In this document: one piece after another, positions 47,650-57,321 of the stretch | How positions within the stretch are numbered: the stretch's first letter is position 1 | Layout of the letters: every line of letters begins with the position of its first letter | From: an uncultured Gammaproteobacteria bacterium | GTDB taxonomy: Bacteria; Patescibacteriota; Microgenomatia; UBA12405 | Assembly (NCBI GenBank): GCA_964544275.1 | Contig: CAZIZX010000002.1 | Location: forward strand, 2,056-66,055 | DNA length: 64,000 nucleotides | Direction: 5' to 3' | Translations under genes and position numbers: made by a program | The notes under the pieces: model-generated | Told to the model about the DNA's origin: nothing | The model's database searches: none | What the model saw: only the letters and a program-made list of their open reading frames with translations

Positions 47650-49137
47650 TTATCTATAGTTAACAAAAAGGCGGTTGTAGATACGAGAAGGGGTATATTG
47701 AGTGTAATTTTGACCAAGCAGTTCGGTGGAGGAGAGACGATTTAGATTGTAGAGAGTGTAGTTGGCGTGCTGGAAGATAATATTTTCTGAAGACGGGCAG
47801 GGGGTTTCATCCGGATTTTGAAAACAGGTGCCGATGTTCATACCACTATCACTGATTCGATTTTGGCGGTATAAAAGGTAAAAAATAGGCAGGTTTAACT
47901 GATCGTCGGGTGAGTGGCGGGTGAAAAAATTATATGAACCAGGATTTAATTGGTCCAGAGAGTTCATAAAGGCGAAAATAATTGGGGCCTGAGATTTTTG
48001 GTTAATTGTTTTTATATTGGAGTAAGTTGAAGTCAAAAAAATAACGACAGTAACAAGGACGAAGAGTTGCTTTTTAGTTTGGAAAAGGAGCCAGAGAGAA
48101 AAGGCGGTAAGAAAAAGAAAATATGGGTGGAAGGCAATGAGATACTCGGAGGACCGGACCCCTTTGTAATAACGAAGGAGAAGTACCTGAACAAAGAGAG
48201 ACAAGATGATGGCGAATAAGCTGAAGGGGAGTTTTTTGATTTTTTTGAAAAAAAGAAGTGAGAGTAGGAATATTAAAATTAATAAGTAACCCAAAACAGG
48301 AAGGCCGGTAATAATTTCACCCCAGAGTTGAGGCCAAAAATCACGAATGTCAGTGAGCCAGCGGACAGGATAATAAAATTTATTCTGACCTTGGGTGTAG
48401 TAGTTGTAGACGCTGGTTGACCAGACAAAATTGTTTTTTAGGTCAAAAATGATTAGGGGAATAAAAGAAGTAAGTAAGCCTGAGAGCATAGTTAGGGCAG
48501 AATATATTCGTTTTTTGAGGCTTAATTGATTGACTAAGACGGCAGATAATAACAGGGACAGTAGTCCCAGAGACTGGAAGTGGCAATTGATAGAAAAACC
48601 GACAAAAAAAGCAAGAAAAAAGGCGGAAGAGTAATTAAACGACTTAAGGTATTTGATCAAAAATAGAAAAGTGGTGGAGGCCAAGAAGGCGACAATGACA
48701 GTGTTGAGCATGTCGGTGGAGAAAAAAATGGGGGAAGAGGCGATGGCGGGGATCAGGGCAAAGATTAGGCCGGTTGACCGTTGGCCCAGGGTGGTACCGA
48801 TGAGATAAAAAATAATGATGGTGGCGGCTGAAAGCAGAGTGAAAGCCACCCAGGGACCGGAAACGAAAGGAAAGAAAAGGGTGGAGGTAATGACTAAATA
48901 ATTATAAAGAGGGCCGAAGTTGAAAGGACCGGCAGAAGAAGGAGAGCCAAGAAGGGGAATTTGATGGTTTCGGATGGCGTAAAGAGCGTTGGAAACATCC
49001 CGGGCCTGGTCCTGATTTAAGACCCAACGGTGGGGATAGTCATAAAAACGAAAAAACAGGCCAACAAGTAAAATCAGGAGAAGGAGGCGGTGTTGCTTTA
49101 GAAAAACAAGCAATGGGTGCATAAGTGATAATAGCAT
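47650..49137 (-). CDS. GT-C (PMT/ArnT-like, family 39) membrane glycosyltransferase
   Basis: R......W...DQARD, PLLG...S...F..GP.Y.Y; many TMs; start may be 49122. Confidence 0.8.
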   Translation of the reverse strand: MLLSLMHPLLVFLKQHRLLLLILLVGLFFRFYDYPHRWVLNQDQARDVSNALYAIRNHQIPLLGSPSSAGPFNFGPLYNYLVITSTLFFPFVSGPWVAFTLLSAATIIIFYLIGTTLGQRSTGLIFALIPAIASSPIFFSTDMLNTVIVAFLASTTFLFLIKYLKSFNYSSAFFLAFFVGFSINCHFQSLGLLSLLLSAVLVNQLSLKKRIYSALTMLSGLLTSFIPLIIFDLKNNFVWSTSVYNYYTQGQNKFYYPVRWLTDIRDFWPQLWGEIITGLPVLGYLLILIFLLSLLFFKKIKKLPFSLFAIILSLFVQVLLLRYYKGVRSSEYLIAFHPYFLFLTAFSLWLLFQTKKQLFVLVTVVIFLTSTYSNIKTINQKSQAPIIFAFMNSLDQLNPGSYNFFTRHSPDDQLNLPIFYLLYRQNRISDSGMNIGTCFQNPDETPCPSSENIIFQHANYTLYNLNRLSSTELLGQNYTQYTPSRIYNRLFVNYR

Positions 49138-49165
49138 TTAGGATGAGAGGTTTTTGGGGTAAAAT

Positions 49166-50194
49166 ATGGGAGTGACGAAGAAAGCCGTGTTGGGATTGGG
49201 GATTTTGTTGGCTGTAGTTTTTTTGGGTTTTGTTTATTGGAAGTGGGGGATGAGATTGGTGGAACCGAGAGGGGTGGAGACTAAAATTTTGGAGGCTGAT
49301 TGGGAAAAGTATGATTTTGACAGTTTGAGAAAAAGAGGTGGAGTGGCAAGTTTGATTGAACTTTCGGGTGAGCCTGAAGGAGTGGTGGTCAGAAGGAAAG
49401 AAACGGCGGCGGAATTGGGCATTGATAGTAAAGTTTTTTATTTTTATTCCGAGGGCAAGAAGATTTCGGGGATGGTGAATATACCGGAACTTGATGAAAG
49501 CCGGAAAAGAGGGGCAATAATTATGATCCGGGGTTATGCGGACAAACAAGGTTACTATGTTGGATCGGGGAGTTGGCGGGTGGCAGATGAGTTGGCAAAA
49601 ATGGGATTTATGACGTTTTCGATAGATTTTTTGGGCTTTGGGGAATCGGAAGGGGAAAGTCTGGACATGATGGAGGCGAGGTTTGAAAAAGTGCCGGCAG
49701 TTCTGGACTTAATCGAATCGGTAAAAGCGGTGGGGATGGTGGATGAAAGTAAGATTGGAATATGGGCTCACAGTAATGGGGGCCAGATAGCTTTGTCGGT
49801 TTTGGAAATTACGGGGGGTGATTATCCGACCAGTTTGTGGGCGCCGATGACTAATCCATTCCCTAAGAGTGTATTAGAGACAGCTTCAGGTTTGAGTGAC
49901 GGCGGAAAAGCGGTAGTTAGTGCTATAAAAGAATTTGAGAGGAGCCACGACAGTCGAAGATATGCGTTTGAGAATTATTATGATTGGATAAAGGCGCCAG
50001 TGGTGATCCATCAGGGAACCGGAGATGAGTGGTGTGAGGTGGTTTGGCAGGAAGAGGTGGTTTTGGGTTTGAAAAGAGCGGGCAAAGAGGCTGTTTTGTA
50101 CGAGTATCCCGGGGATGATCACAATTTATCCGGAAGTTGGGAAGAGGTGGTGGAGAGGGATGGATTATTTTTTAAAAATTATCTGATAGATTGA
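49166..50194 (+). CDS. Membrane-anchored alpha/beta hydrolase (S9-like)
   Basis: AHSNGG nucleophile, HQGTGD, GDDH. Confidence 0.85.
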   Translation: MGVTKKAVLGLGILLAVVFLGFVYWKWGMRLVEPRGVETKILEADWEKYDFDSLRKRGGVASLIELSGEPEGVVVRRKETAAELGIDSKVFYFYSEGKKISGMVNIPELDESRKRGAIIMIRGYADKQGYYVGSGSWRVADELAKMGFMTFSIDFLGFGESEGESLDMMEARFEKVPAVLDLIESVKAVGMVDESKIGIWAHSNGGQIALSVLEITGGDYPTSLWAPMTNPFPKSVLETASGLSDGGKAVVSAIKEFERSHDSRRYAFENYYDWIKAPVVIHQGTGDEWCEVVWQEEVVLGLKRAGKEAVLYEYPGDDHNLSGSWEEVVERDGLFFKNYLID

Positions 50195-50329
50195 ACGGCT
50201 GGTTTGAGGACACATGCGTATTGGATGTTGCTGGAACAAAGGAGCGAGTAAAGTTTTATTTAGGCTAAAATGCCTGAATAATGATATACTTCCAGTTGTT
50301 TTAATTAAGAATTTATTTAAAATAAGTTT

Positions 50330-51151
50330 ATGGAAAAAGAAGATCTTTGTCGGGCGCTAAGGGGCAGGGAAAAACATGGCTTTCGAATTGACAATTCGGA
50401 ATATTGGAGAAATTATTATGAGAAGAAGTTTAAAAATCTTGATTTGGTGAGAGAAAAAAAATACGCGAAGTTTCTGAAGGAGACATATCCGGGTTACAAA
50501 AAGTATCTGGACGTGGCTTCGGGCTATGGATTTTTACCTTTGGAATTGACTAGACTGGGAATAAAGGTGGTTTGCGTGGATAAGTTTAAAACCATGAGGG
50601 AGGCAGCAAAAAATTATTTTAAGAGTAACGGTTATGAGATTGAAATAGTGGGATCAGATATCACAAAAATGCCTTTTGAAAAGAATGAATACGAGGTGGT
50701 AACGGCAATTTCTATATTGGAGCATTTTCCGATGGTAGAGATAAAAAAAGATGTTTTTGGAGAGATAAACAGAGTTTTGAAAAAAGGTGGAATATTGGTG
50801 GCGCATGTGCCGATAAAGAGTGTGGTAACGAGAATCAAAAGATGGTACAGAACTAAAATAAAGAAGGATTTGCCTGAGTGGGCGGTGGACGATGACGGGG
50901 ATGTAACTCACAAAATTTGGTTCACGGCAGATTCCTGTCTGGCTTTACTGAAAGAGATGGGCTACAGGGTGGACTATGTAATGTTTAACTTTAAGAGAAG
51001 TAACGAAGAGTTGGCTTCAATTAAATTTCTTGACGGATTATTATCGCCGGGGTTGGGGAAATTTTATAGAATGAATGACGTGTTGACCTGGAGGCAGAAA
51101 CTTATCTCTGTTTTTGCCTCTTCTGTGGTATTTGTTTGCAGAAAAAAATAA
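50330..51151 (+). CDS. Class I SAM-dependent methyltransferase
   Basis: LDVASGYG, D...MPF, LEH, RVLK.GG. Confidence 0.88.
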   Translation: MEKEDLCRALRGREKHGFRIDNSEYWRNYYEKKFKNLDLVREKKYAKFLKETYPGYKKYLDVASGYGFLPLELTRLGIKVVCVDKFKTMREAAKNYFKSNGYEIEIVGSDITKMPFEKNEYEVVTAISILEHFPMVEIKKDVFGEINRVLKKGGILVAHVPIKSVVTRIKRWYRTKIKKDLPEWAVDDDGDVTHKIWFTADSCLALLKEMGYRVDYVMFNFKRSNEELASIKFLDGLLSPGLGKFYRMNDVLTWRQKLISVFASSVVFVCRKK

Positions 51152-51174
51152 GTAAATGTAGTATAATTTAGGCC

Positions 51175-51750
51175 ATGAAAGTATTTTTTGTAGCTTCCCC
51201 CAGATCGGTCAACAGGGAGCCGGAAAATTTCAGGAACCTTTTTGGGCATATTGAAAAGGATAATAAGATGCTATCTGATTGGGTTCTGGATTGGGGTAAG
51301 GGCAATGTAGAAAGTTTCTATAGCGGGACACATAAAGAAAGAATCGAACATTTCAAAGAGACAATGGACTATATCAAAAGAGCGGAATTAGTAATAGTGG
51401 AGGTGTCGGAACATAGTATGTCGATGGGATATATAGTCAATAAAGCTTTGGAAATTGGTAAGCCGGTAATTGCTCTTTTTAAGGAAGGATTTGAACCATA
51501 TTTTTTTAGCGGAATTGAAGATACAAAGCTGCAGATAGTCGGTTATGATGAAAATAACTACAGACAGGTGTTGGATGAATCTGTTGAGAGAGCCAGAAGT
51601 AATATTGATGTCAGGTTTAACTTTTTTGTGTCACCTAAAATTTTGAATTATCTCGATTGGGTAGCGAAGAAGAGAATGATTCCCAGGTCGGTATTTTTGA
51701 GAAATCTGATTGAGAGGGAAATGAAGAAAGATAAAGAGTTTGCGAATTAG
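51175..51750 (+). CDS. Nucleoside-deoxyribosyltransferase-like fold plus C-terminal ribbon-helix-helix protein
   Basis: MKVFFVAS...VIVEVS..S.SMGY....AL..GKPVIAL; C-terminal VRFNFFVSP.I..YL..VA......RS..LR.LI. Confidence 0.65.
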   Translation: MKVFFVASPRSVNREPENFRNLFGHIEKDNKMLSDWVLDWGKGNVESFYSGTHKERIEHFKETMDYIKRAELVIVEVSEHSMSMGYIVNKALEIGKPVIALFKEGFEPYFFSGIEDTKLQIVGYDENNYRQVLDESVERARSNIDVRFNFFVSPKILNYLDWVAKKRMIPRSVFLRNLIEREMKKDKEFAN

Positions 51751-52973
51751 GATTTGGTTGAGCTTTGACGGAAGATGTTTTTGGTTTTTAGCCAGTGATT
51801 TGTTTGGCGGCAAAGGAGTTTTTTGTCGGATGGGTTTTGGAGCAGGGACTTTACCAGTTCTTCCAAAAAGATTGTATTTTGGGAACCTTTGACCAGAATG
51901 GTTGAGTTTTGGGGTAAGTTTTCTTGAAGATATTCGGCTGCCTGCCACCAATAGGTAAATTTTTTGGATTTGGGCCCGAAATATTTCCTAGTTTCCGGTC
52001 CGACACTGATTATCTTATCAGCGGTTGCAACCGCTTTTTTATATAAAGCCTGGTGTTCCTGTTTTGACATTTGGCCAAGTTCTCTCATATCGCCCAAAAC
52101 GGCAATTCGAGATGATGAAGGGAAGGTTTTGAGGAAATTAAGCATTTCTTGGGCGGCTAGCGGGGAAGAATTATAACTACTGTCGATAATGGTGGAGTTG
52201 CCAATACCCTTGATGATGGAAGAGCGGCTGGGAGGTAGTTTAAAGTGGTTAACAATATTGATAATGGCGGTTTCCGATTTGAGACCGAGGGTCTGGGCGA
52301 CAGCGATAGCGGCGCCGAAAGAAACATCATAAATTGGAGGAATAACAAAGCCGGGGAAATTTATTTGAGTGGGGATAATGGGTATGGTCCTAGCTGAAGT
52401 GTTTTGGCCATACTTTTTGACCAGAGGGTCGTTTAGGTTGAGAATGGCAAAGCCGGTTGGTGGTAGAGACTCGATCATTTTGGCTTTTTCCCGGGCGATG
52501 TGATCGATATTATCAAAATACTGGACATGAACAGTACTGACATTGAGAAAAACACCAATGTCGGGACGAAGGATTTTGAGAAGGTAAGACATATTTTTGG
52601 GTTCGTTGGGGCTGTCGATACCCATTTCTACCAGGTACAACTCATAGGTGTGCCAGTTGGTGAGTATTTTTATCGGAGCCTGAAGGGCAACATTTAGCCA
52701 ATCGGTGAGAGTAAATGCTTTGATCTTTAGACCCAGGATGTCTAAAGGGATGCCTGATTCGGAATTGGCACCGGAGTTGGTTTTGAGCTTGAAATGAGGA
52801 GAAAGAGCTGCCTCCAGAGCGGAAAGAGTGGAGCTTTTGCCGGCAGAACCAGTGACGCCGATAACTTTTATAGGTTTTTGGCGAGCTAATTGTATTATTT
52901 TGATTTTGTAAAGCTGGATTTTGGCTAATAGCCGGAGGTAGACCAAAAAAAAATAGGAAATTTTTTGTTTCAC
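51747..52973 (-). CDS. murF: MurF-type Mur ligase
   Basis: GVTGSAGKSST, EMG.D.P..M, LN.ND, IIDSSYNSSP, VLGDMRELG, LVKGSQ. Confidence 0.9.
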   Translation of the reverse strand: MKQKISYFFLVYLRLLAKIQLYKIKIIQLARQKPIKVIGVTGSAGKSSTLSALEAALSPHFKLKTNSGANSESGIPLDILGLKIKAFTLTDWLNVALQAPIKILTNWHTYELYLVEMGIDSPNEPKNMSYLLKILRPDIGVFLNVSTVHVQYFDNIDHIAREKAKMIESLPPTGFAILNLNDPLVKKYGQNTSARTIPIIPTQINFPGFVIPPIYDVSFGAAIAVAQTLGLKSETAIINIVNHFKLPPSRSSIIKGIGNSTIIDSSYNSSPLAAQEMLNFLKTFPSSSRIAVLGDMRELGQMSKQEHQALYKKAVATADKIISVGPETRKYFGPKSKKFTYWWQAAEYLQENLPQNSTILVKGSQNTIFLEELVKSLLQNPSDKKLLCRQTNHWLKTKNIFRQSSTKS

Positions 52974-53003
52974 TTTATTGTTATTTTAACTTATAATTCG
53001 GGA

Positions 53004-53927
53004 ATGAGGAGAAGAGTGTTGGTGCTGATGGGAGGAAATGGTCCGGAGAGAGAGGTTTCTTTGAATAGTGGAAAGGAAGTGGTCAAAAATTTTGACAGAG
53101 AGAAGTTTGAGGTGTTTCAGTTCGATTTGAATAATAATCTCCCTGATTTAATAAAGTTTATTCAAGATAATAAGATTGAGGTGGTGTTTGTGGCTTTGCA
53201 TGGGAAAGGGGGTGAAGATGGACAAATTCAAGGGGTTTTAGATTTGTGTAATGTTGTTTATACCGGGTCGGGTGTGCTGGCTTGTGCGATTGGAATGGAT
53301 AAAGCGATGTTTAAGAGAGTGATCGAGTTTGAGGGAATAAGAGTGCCGAAGTGGTTTGAGGTTGTTGAGAATATGAGTGAATTTGACTTAAATAAAGTTA
53401 AAAAATTGGGAACTAAATGGGTAGTTAAGCCGTGTGATCTGGGTTCGAGTATTGGAGTAAGAATAGTGGCGAAAGAAGGGGATTTAATAAAGACGATCAG
53501 TTCGGTGCTGGAGTTGAGCAGGAAGGCAATTGTGGAGGAATATGTTGAGGGAGTGGAAGTGTCTTGTGGTGTAATTGGCAATAAAAATCTGAGAGCTTTG
53601 CCATTAATTGAGATTGTGCCGGAAAATGATTTCTTTGATTATCAGGCAAAATATGAGGGAAAATCCAAAGAAATAGTACCGGCGAGGGTTGAAAGAGAAG
53701 TGGCCGAGGAAGTTTGGGAAATATCAAAGAAAATTCACAAGCTTGTCGGAGCTCGGGGTTTTTCCCGGGTAGATTTTATTATCAGAGATAATATTCCTTA
53801 TGTTTTGGAAATTAATATAATACCCGGTCTAACTTCAGAATCATTATTACCAAAAGAATCCAGGGCTGCCGGGATGACTTATGCTGAGTTGCTGGAAGAA
53901 ATTGTGGTGGTGGCAATTAACAAGTAA
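53004..53927 (+). CDS. ddl: D-alanine--D-alanine ligase
   Basis: GG...EREVSL.SG, LHG.GGEDG, MDK, GSS.G, FDY.AKY, RVD, LEIN..PG.T..SL.P. Confidence 0.96.
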   Translation: MRRRVLVLMGGNGPEREVSLNSGKEVVKNFDREKFEVFQFDLNNNLPDLIKFIQDNKIEVVFVALHGKGGEDGQIQGVLDLCNVVYTGSGVLACAIGMDKAMFKRVIEFEGIRVPKWFEVVENMSEFDLNKVKKLGTKWVVKPCDLGSSIGVRIVAKEGDLIKTISSVLELSRKAIVEEYVEGVEVSCGVIGNKNLRALPLIEIVPENDFFDYQAKYEGKSKEIVPARVEREVAEEVWEISKKIHKLVGARGFSRVDFIIRDNIPYVLEINIIPGLTSESLLPKESRAAGMTYAELLEEIVVVAINK

Positions 53928-54021
53928 TTCTTACTTAATTCTTGCTGGTTTCTTTTTGCTTTCCTAAGTAAATTTTTGAAGATATGGTTAAGTAATTAAA
54001 ATTTAAAGCAGGAGGAAAATT

Positions 54022-54582
54022 ATGGCTGGAATGATGGTAGGAATGTTTGATTCTTTTGATGATGCCGACAGGGCGTTGAGGGATCTGAGGGATGCCGGTT
54101 TTGAGGTGGAGGATATGGAGGTGGGTGGAGGACGAAGGCAGAGAGAAGTCAGAGAAGCCGGTAGAAGGGGAGGGATGACAACGGTGAGGCGAGATAGGAC
54201 CGGTAATATTGGAAATGGCGTGATTACTGGGGCGATAGTAGGAGGACTGGCGGGTTTGATTTATGGGATGGTGGCTTCATTGGTGCCGGGCTTGGGAAGT
54301 ATATTGTTTGTCGGTCCGATAGCTGGAGCGTTGGGCTTGACCGGAATCGGGGCGGTAACAGTGACTGGAATGGTGTTGGGGGCTGCGATTGGGGGCCTGG
54401 TTGGAACTTTGGAGAGAACCGGGGAGGTTTCGGAAGAAGTCGGAACATATTATAACGAAGAAGTAAGGGGCGAAGATGTACTGTTGATGGTGCCTGTGGC
54501 TGACGGCAGAAGTAGTGAAGTGGAAAGAATAATGAACAGGAATGGGGTGGGGCAAGTAAGAATGGTCGATGTTAATATTTAA
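54022..54582 (+). CDS. General-stress/glycine-zipper membrane protein (YflT-like N-terminus)
   Basis: GMFDS...A.RA...L..AGF; GAIVGGLAG...PG.G....GP; AGGAGG RBS. Confidence 0.75.
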   Translation: MAGMMVGMFDSFDDADRALRDLRDAGFEVEDMEVGGGRRQREVREAGRRGGMTTVRRDRTGNIGNGVITGAIVGGLAGLIYGMVASLVPGLGSILFVGPIAGALGLTGIGAVTVTGMVLGAAIGGLVGTLERTGEVSEEVGTYYNEEVRGEDVLLMVPVADGRSSEVERIMNRNGVGQVRMVDVNI

Positions 54583-54592
54583 AGCAGCGAAC

Positions 54593-55336
54593 CTAGAGAG
54601 CGACTTTGATGGCAGGACCCATAGTAGCTTTGAGAGCCAGTTTTTTGATTTTGGTCGATCCGATTACTTTGATTAGTTCTTCCACGTTGGCCTCGAGTTC
54701 TGTTGCCGGTTGAGCGACTTCACCGGTAACAATGTGAATAACGGGAGCTTTTTTTTCAGTTTTGAGAGAAGTTTTGGCAACAGAAAGCTTCTGGACGGCT
54801 GTTTTGGGATCGTCGGTTAAGGTGCCGCTTTTGGGATTGGGCATAAGACCTTTGGGGCCCAGTACACGGGCGAAGGGTAATAATTTAGGCATGGTGGCTG
54901 GAGTAGCGATTAAAACATCAAACTCGATACGACCATCTTTGATGGCGGCTAAAACCAAGTCATCGAGGACGGCAATTTTTTTGGTGGCTGTTTTCAGATG
55001 AGGGAAAGTGATATCGCCAATTGTTCCCATGCCGGAGACAGTAATGTGGGCCTCGATTTTGCCGCCAAATTTGGCGTAGGAAGTTTCCTTTACCAGGCTG
55101 ATAGCTTCGGAGAGAGGATAATACTTATTAATATCCACTTTGGCTTTGACTGTCTGGTACTTTTTACTTCTGACCTTGACGGTTTTAGTGGTGGTTTGGG
55201 TGGATTCAGGAGCTTCGACAGTTTGACTGGTTGAAGTTTCCTGAGTGTCGCGAACAGTGCCAGCTGACTGCTCTTCCACTAGTTTTTGCTCTTGACGAGC
55301 TTTTTTGGCTTTGTTTTCTTGAGTGGTTTTGCTCAT
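54593..55336 (-). CDS. rplA: 50S ribosomal protein L1 with N-terminal extension
   Basis: Y...EAI.LVK, FD.LIATP..M, RVLGPKGLMPNPKSGT, TMGP. Confidence 0.95.
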   Translation of the reverse strand: MSKTTQENKAKKARQEQKLVEEQSAGTVRDTQETSTSQTVEAPESTQTTTKTVKVRSKKYQTVKAKVDINKYYPLSEAISLVKETSYAKFGGKIEAHITVSGMGTIGDITFPHLKTATKKIAVLDDLVLAAIKDGRIEFDVLIATPATMPKLLPFARVLGPKGLMPNPKSGTLTDDPKTAVQKLSVAKTSLKTEKKAPVIHIVTGEVAQPATELEANVEELIKVIGSTKIKKLALKATMGPAIKVAL

Positions 55337-55356
55337 ATTTTTTTAAATTGTTAAAT

Positions 55357-55782
55357 TTATTCAGTGATTTCGATGCCCATGGAACGGGCAGTGCCCATAA
55401 CGGTGTTTTTGGCCGCTTCTAGATCCTTGGTATTCATATCAATGATCTTGTCGCTGGCAATTTGCTCTACCTGGGCCATGGTTAGTTTGCCAACCTTTTC
55501 CCGACCTGCGGTTTGAGCGCCTTTGGAGAGACCGGCCATTTTTTTGATAGTGTCGGAAACGGGTGGTTTTTTGATGATGAAATCGAAAGAGCGGTCTTCG
55601 TAGATAGTAATGAGGGAGGGTATCAATGAACCTCGCATGTTTTTGGTTTTTTCATTGAACTCGTTGCAGAAGTCCATGATTTTGATACCGTGGGGCCCGA
55701 GAGCGGTGCCAACCGGAGGAGCCGGATTAGCACTACCAGCAGGAAGGGCAATTTTGACTATGGTTTTGATTTTTTTGGCCAT
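55357..55782 (-). CDS. rplK: 50S ribosomal protein L11
   Basis: AG.ANPAPPVG.ALG..G, FC..FN, Y.DRSF.F, GTARSMG; start ATG 55782. Confidence 0.97.
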   Translation of the reverse strand: MAKKIKTIVKIALPAGSANPAPPVGTALGPHGIKIMDFCNEFNEKTKNMRGSLIPSLITIYEDRSFDFIIKKPPVSDTIKKMAGLSKGAQTAGREKVGKLTMAQVEQIASDKIIDMNTKDLEAAKNTVMGTARSMGIEITE

Positions 55783-55783
55783 T

Positions 55784-56380
55784 TTATAATTCTTTGGTAA
55801 CTTGTAAAAAGTCGAGTTCAACTGGAGTTTCCCGCTCGAAGAAGGAAACCAGACAGCGAATTTTGCCTTTTTCCTGATCAATTGAGTCGATAGTACCAAT
55901 AAAGTCAGCAAAAGGACCATTGGTAATTTTGACGACATCGCCAATAGCGAAGGGGGTTTGATATTTGGGTTTTTCCTCTTCGACGGTCTTGATAATGGTG
56001 TCAACTTCTTTTTGGGAAATGGGGGAGGGTTGGTTGCCAATGCCGACAAAGCCGGTAACTCCCTGGGTGGTTCTGACGGTGATCCAAGAGTCATCGGTTA
56101 AGGCCATTTGAATCAAAACGTAACCGGGGAAAGTTTTTTCCTGGGTTTTGACCTTTTGGCCACGACGGATAACCATTTTGCTTTGGATAGGAACGATGGC
56201 CTGAAAAATTTTGTCTTCCAGGTTCATGGTTTTGATGCGGGTTTTGAGGGCGTCAATAACTTTGTATTCGTGACCGGAATAAGTGTTGATCACATACCAG
56301 GCGGCATCAAACTTCGGCTCTTTACTAGAGAGCTTGAATAAAAATTCCTTTTTTTTGGTTTTATTTGACGTATTGGGCAT
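55784..56380 (-). CDS. nusG: Transcription factor NusG
   Basis: WYVI.TYSG.E, FPGYVL, T.GVTGFVG, KOW GPF.DF.G, F.RETPVEL; start ATG 56380. Confidence 0.97.
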   Translation of the reverse strand: MPNTSNKTKKKEFLFKLSSKEPKFDAAWYVINTYSGHEYKVIDALKTRIKTMNLEDKIFQAIVPIQSKMVIRRGQKVKTQEKTFPGYVLIQMALTDDSWITVRTTQGVTGFVGIGNQPSPISQKEVDTIIKTVEEEKPKYQTPFAIGDVVKITNGPFADFIGTIDSIDQEKGKIRCLVSFFERETPVELDFLQVTKEL

Positions 56381-56381
56381 A

Positions 56382-56672
56382 TTAGTTGTTGATATCTGAT
56401 GATTGAGTTGATTCCGGAGAGCTGTTTTCCGGAGAATCCGGTTCAGATATAGTTTCGGGTTCGAGTTCTGTTGTCGGGGTGGTTTGATTGATGCCACCCA
56501 AAAGAGCAATTGAATTAGTAAATAAGTAATCGAAACCTCCTAAAATTAGGGAAGTTATGATCGAGATTGATATTACCACAACTGAAAGCTGAATTAAAGT
56601 ATCTTTTTTGGGCCAGGAGATGTTTTTGAATTCGGCCTTGACTTCGTTGTAAAAACGGATGAGTTTTTGCAT
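56382..56672 (-). CDS. secE: Preprotein translocase SecE
   Basis: EV..E...ISWP then TM and D; directly upstream of nusG. Confidence 0.92.
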   Translation of the reverse strand: MQKLIRFYNEVKAEFKNISWPKKDTLIQLSVVVISISIITSLILGGFDYLFTNSIALLGGINQTTPTTELEPETISEPDSPENSSPESTQSSDINN

Positions 56673-56793
56673 GAAGATATTATACCTTAGGATTTGATTA
56701 TTATCTAAAAAACTGGAGATTGAACTAAATTATTGTTCAACTAAGAAACTGATTTTTGGTGGATTTGATATATTTTTGCCCATTACTTTCTAG

Positions 56794-56848
56794 TTGACTG
56801 ACACTATTGGTGGGGTTTATGATGACAATCATCCACTATGATTAGTGG
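56794..56848 (+). promoter_or_regulatory. nrdR-nrdJ promoter with tandem NrdR boxes
   Basis: TTGACT(56794)-18-TATGAT(56818); boxes ACACTATTGGTGGGGT (56801-56816) and CCACTATGATTAGTGG (56833-56848), 32 bp apart, resembling acaCwAtATaTwGtgt. Confidence 0.75.
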
Positions 56849-56874
56849 TTTTAAAAATTTAGCGAAAAAAGCGT

Positions 56875-57321
56875 ATGTTATGTCCTTATTGTGGTTTTGA
56901 CGAGTCGAATGTACTGGAGAGTCGGGATGCTCAGGAAGGGAAGGCGACCCGAAGGCGGAGGGAATGCCTAAAGTGCAATAAAAGATTTACGACTTATGAA
57001 AAAACGGGAAATATTGAACTGAGGGTAGTCAAAAAGGATGGTCGGATAGAGGATTATTCCAGGGAAAAGCTGGAAAAGTGTTTTGATAAAGCCTGCTGGA
57101 AGTTGTCAACCGAAGAAAGAAGTCGAATGATAGACGAAGTTGAAAAGAGACTTTTGAATTGGGAAAAAGTAGAGATACCCAGCCGGGAGATTGGCCTGAT
57201 GGTGATGGAGATGATTAAAGATATTGATCCGGTGGCTTATATTCGGTTTGCTACGGTTTATCTGGATATCAAATCGATTGAAGATTTCAGTAATTTATTA
57301 GTTGAATTTCAAAACAAATAA
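56875..57321 (+). CDS. nrdR: Transcriptional repressor NrdR
   Basis: CPYC..S.V.ESR...RRRREC..C..RFTTYE, ATP-cone, VAYIRFA.VY. Confidence 0.97.
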   Translation: MLCPYCGFDESNVLESRDAQEGKATRRRRECLKCNKRFTTYEKTGNIELRVVKKDGRIEDYSREKLEKCFDKACWKLSTEERSRMIDEVEKRLLNWEKVEIPSREIGLMVMEMIKDIDPVAYIRFATVYLDIKSIEDFSNLLVEFQNK

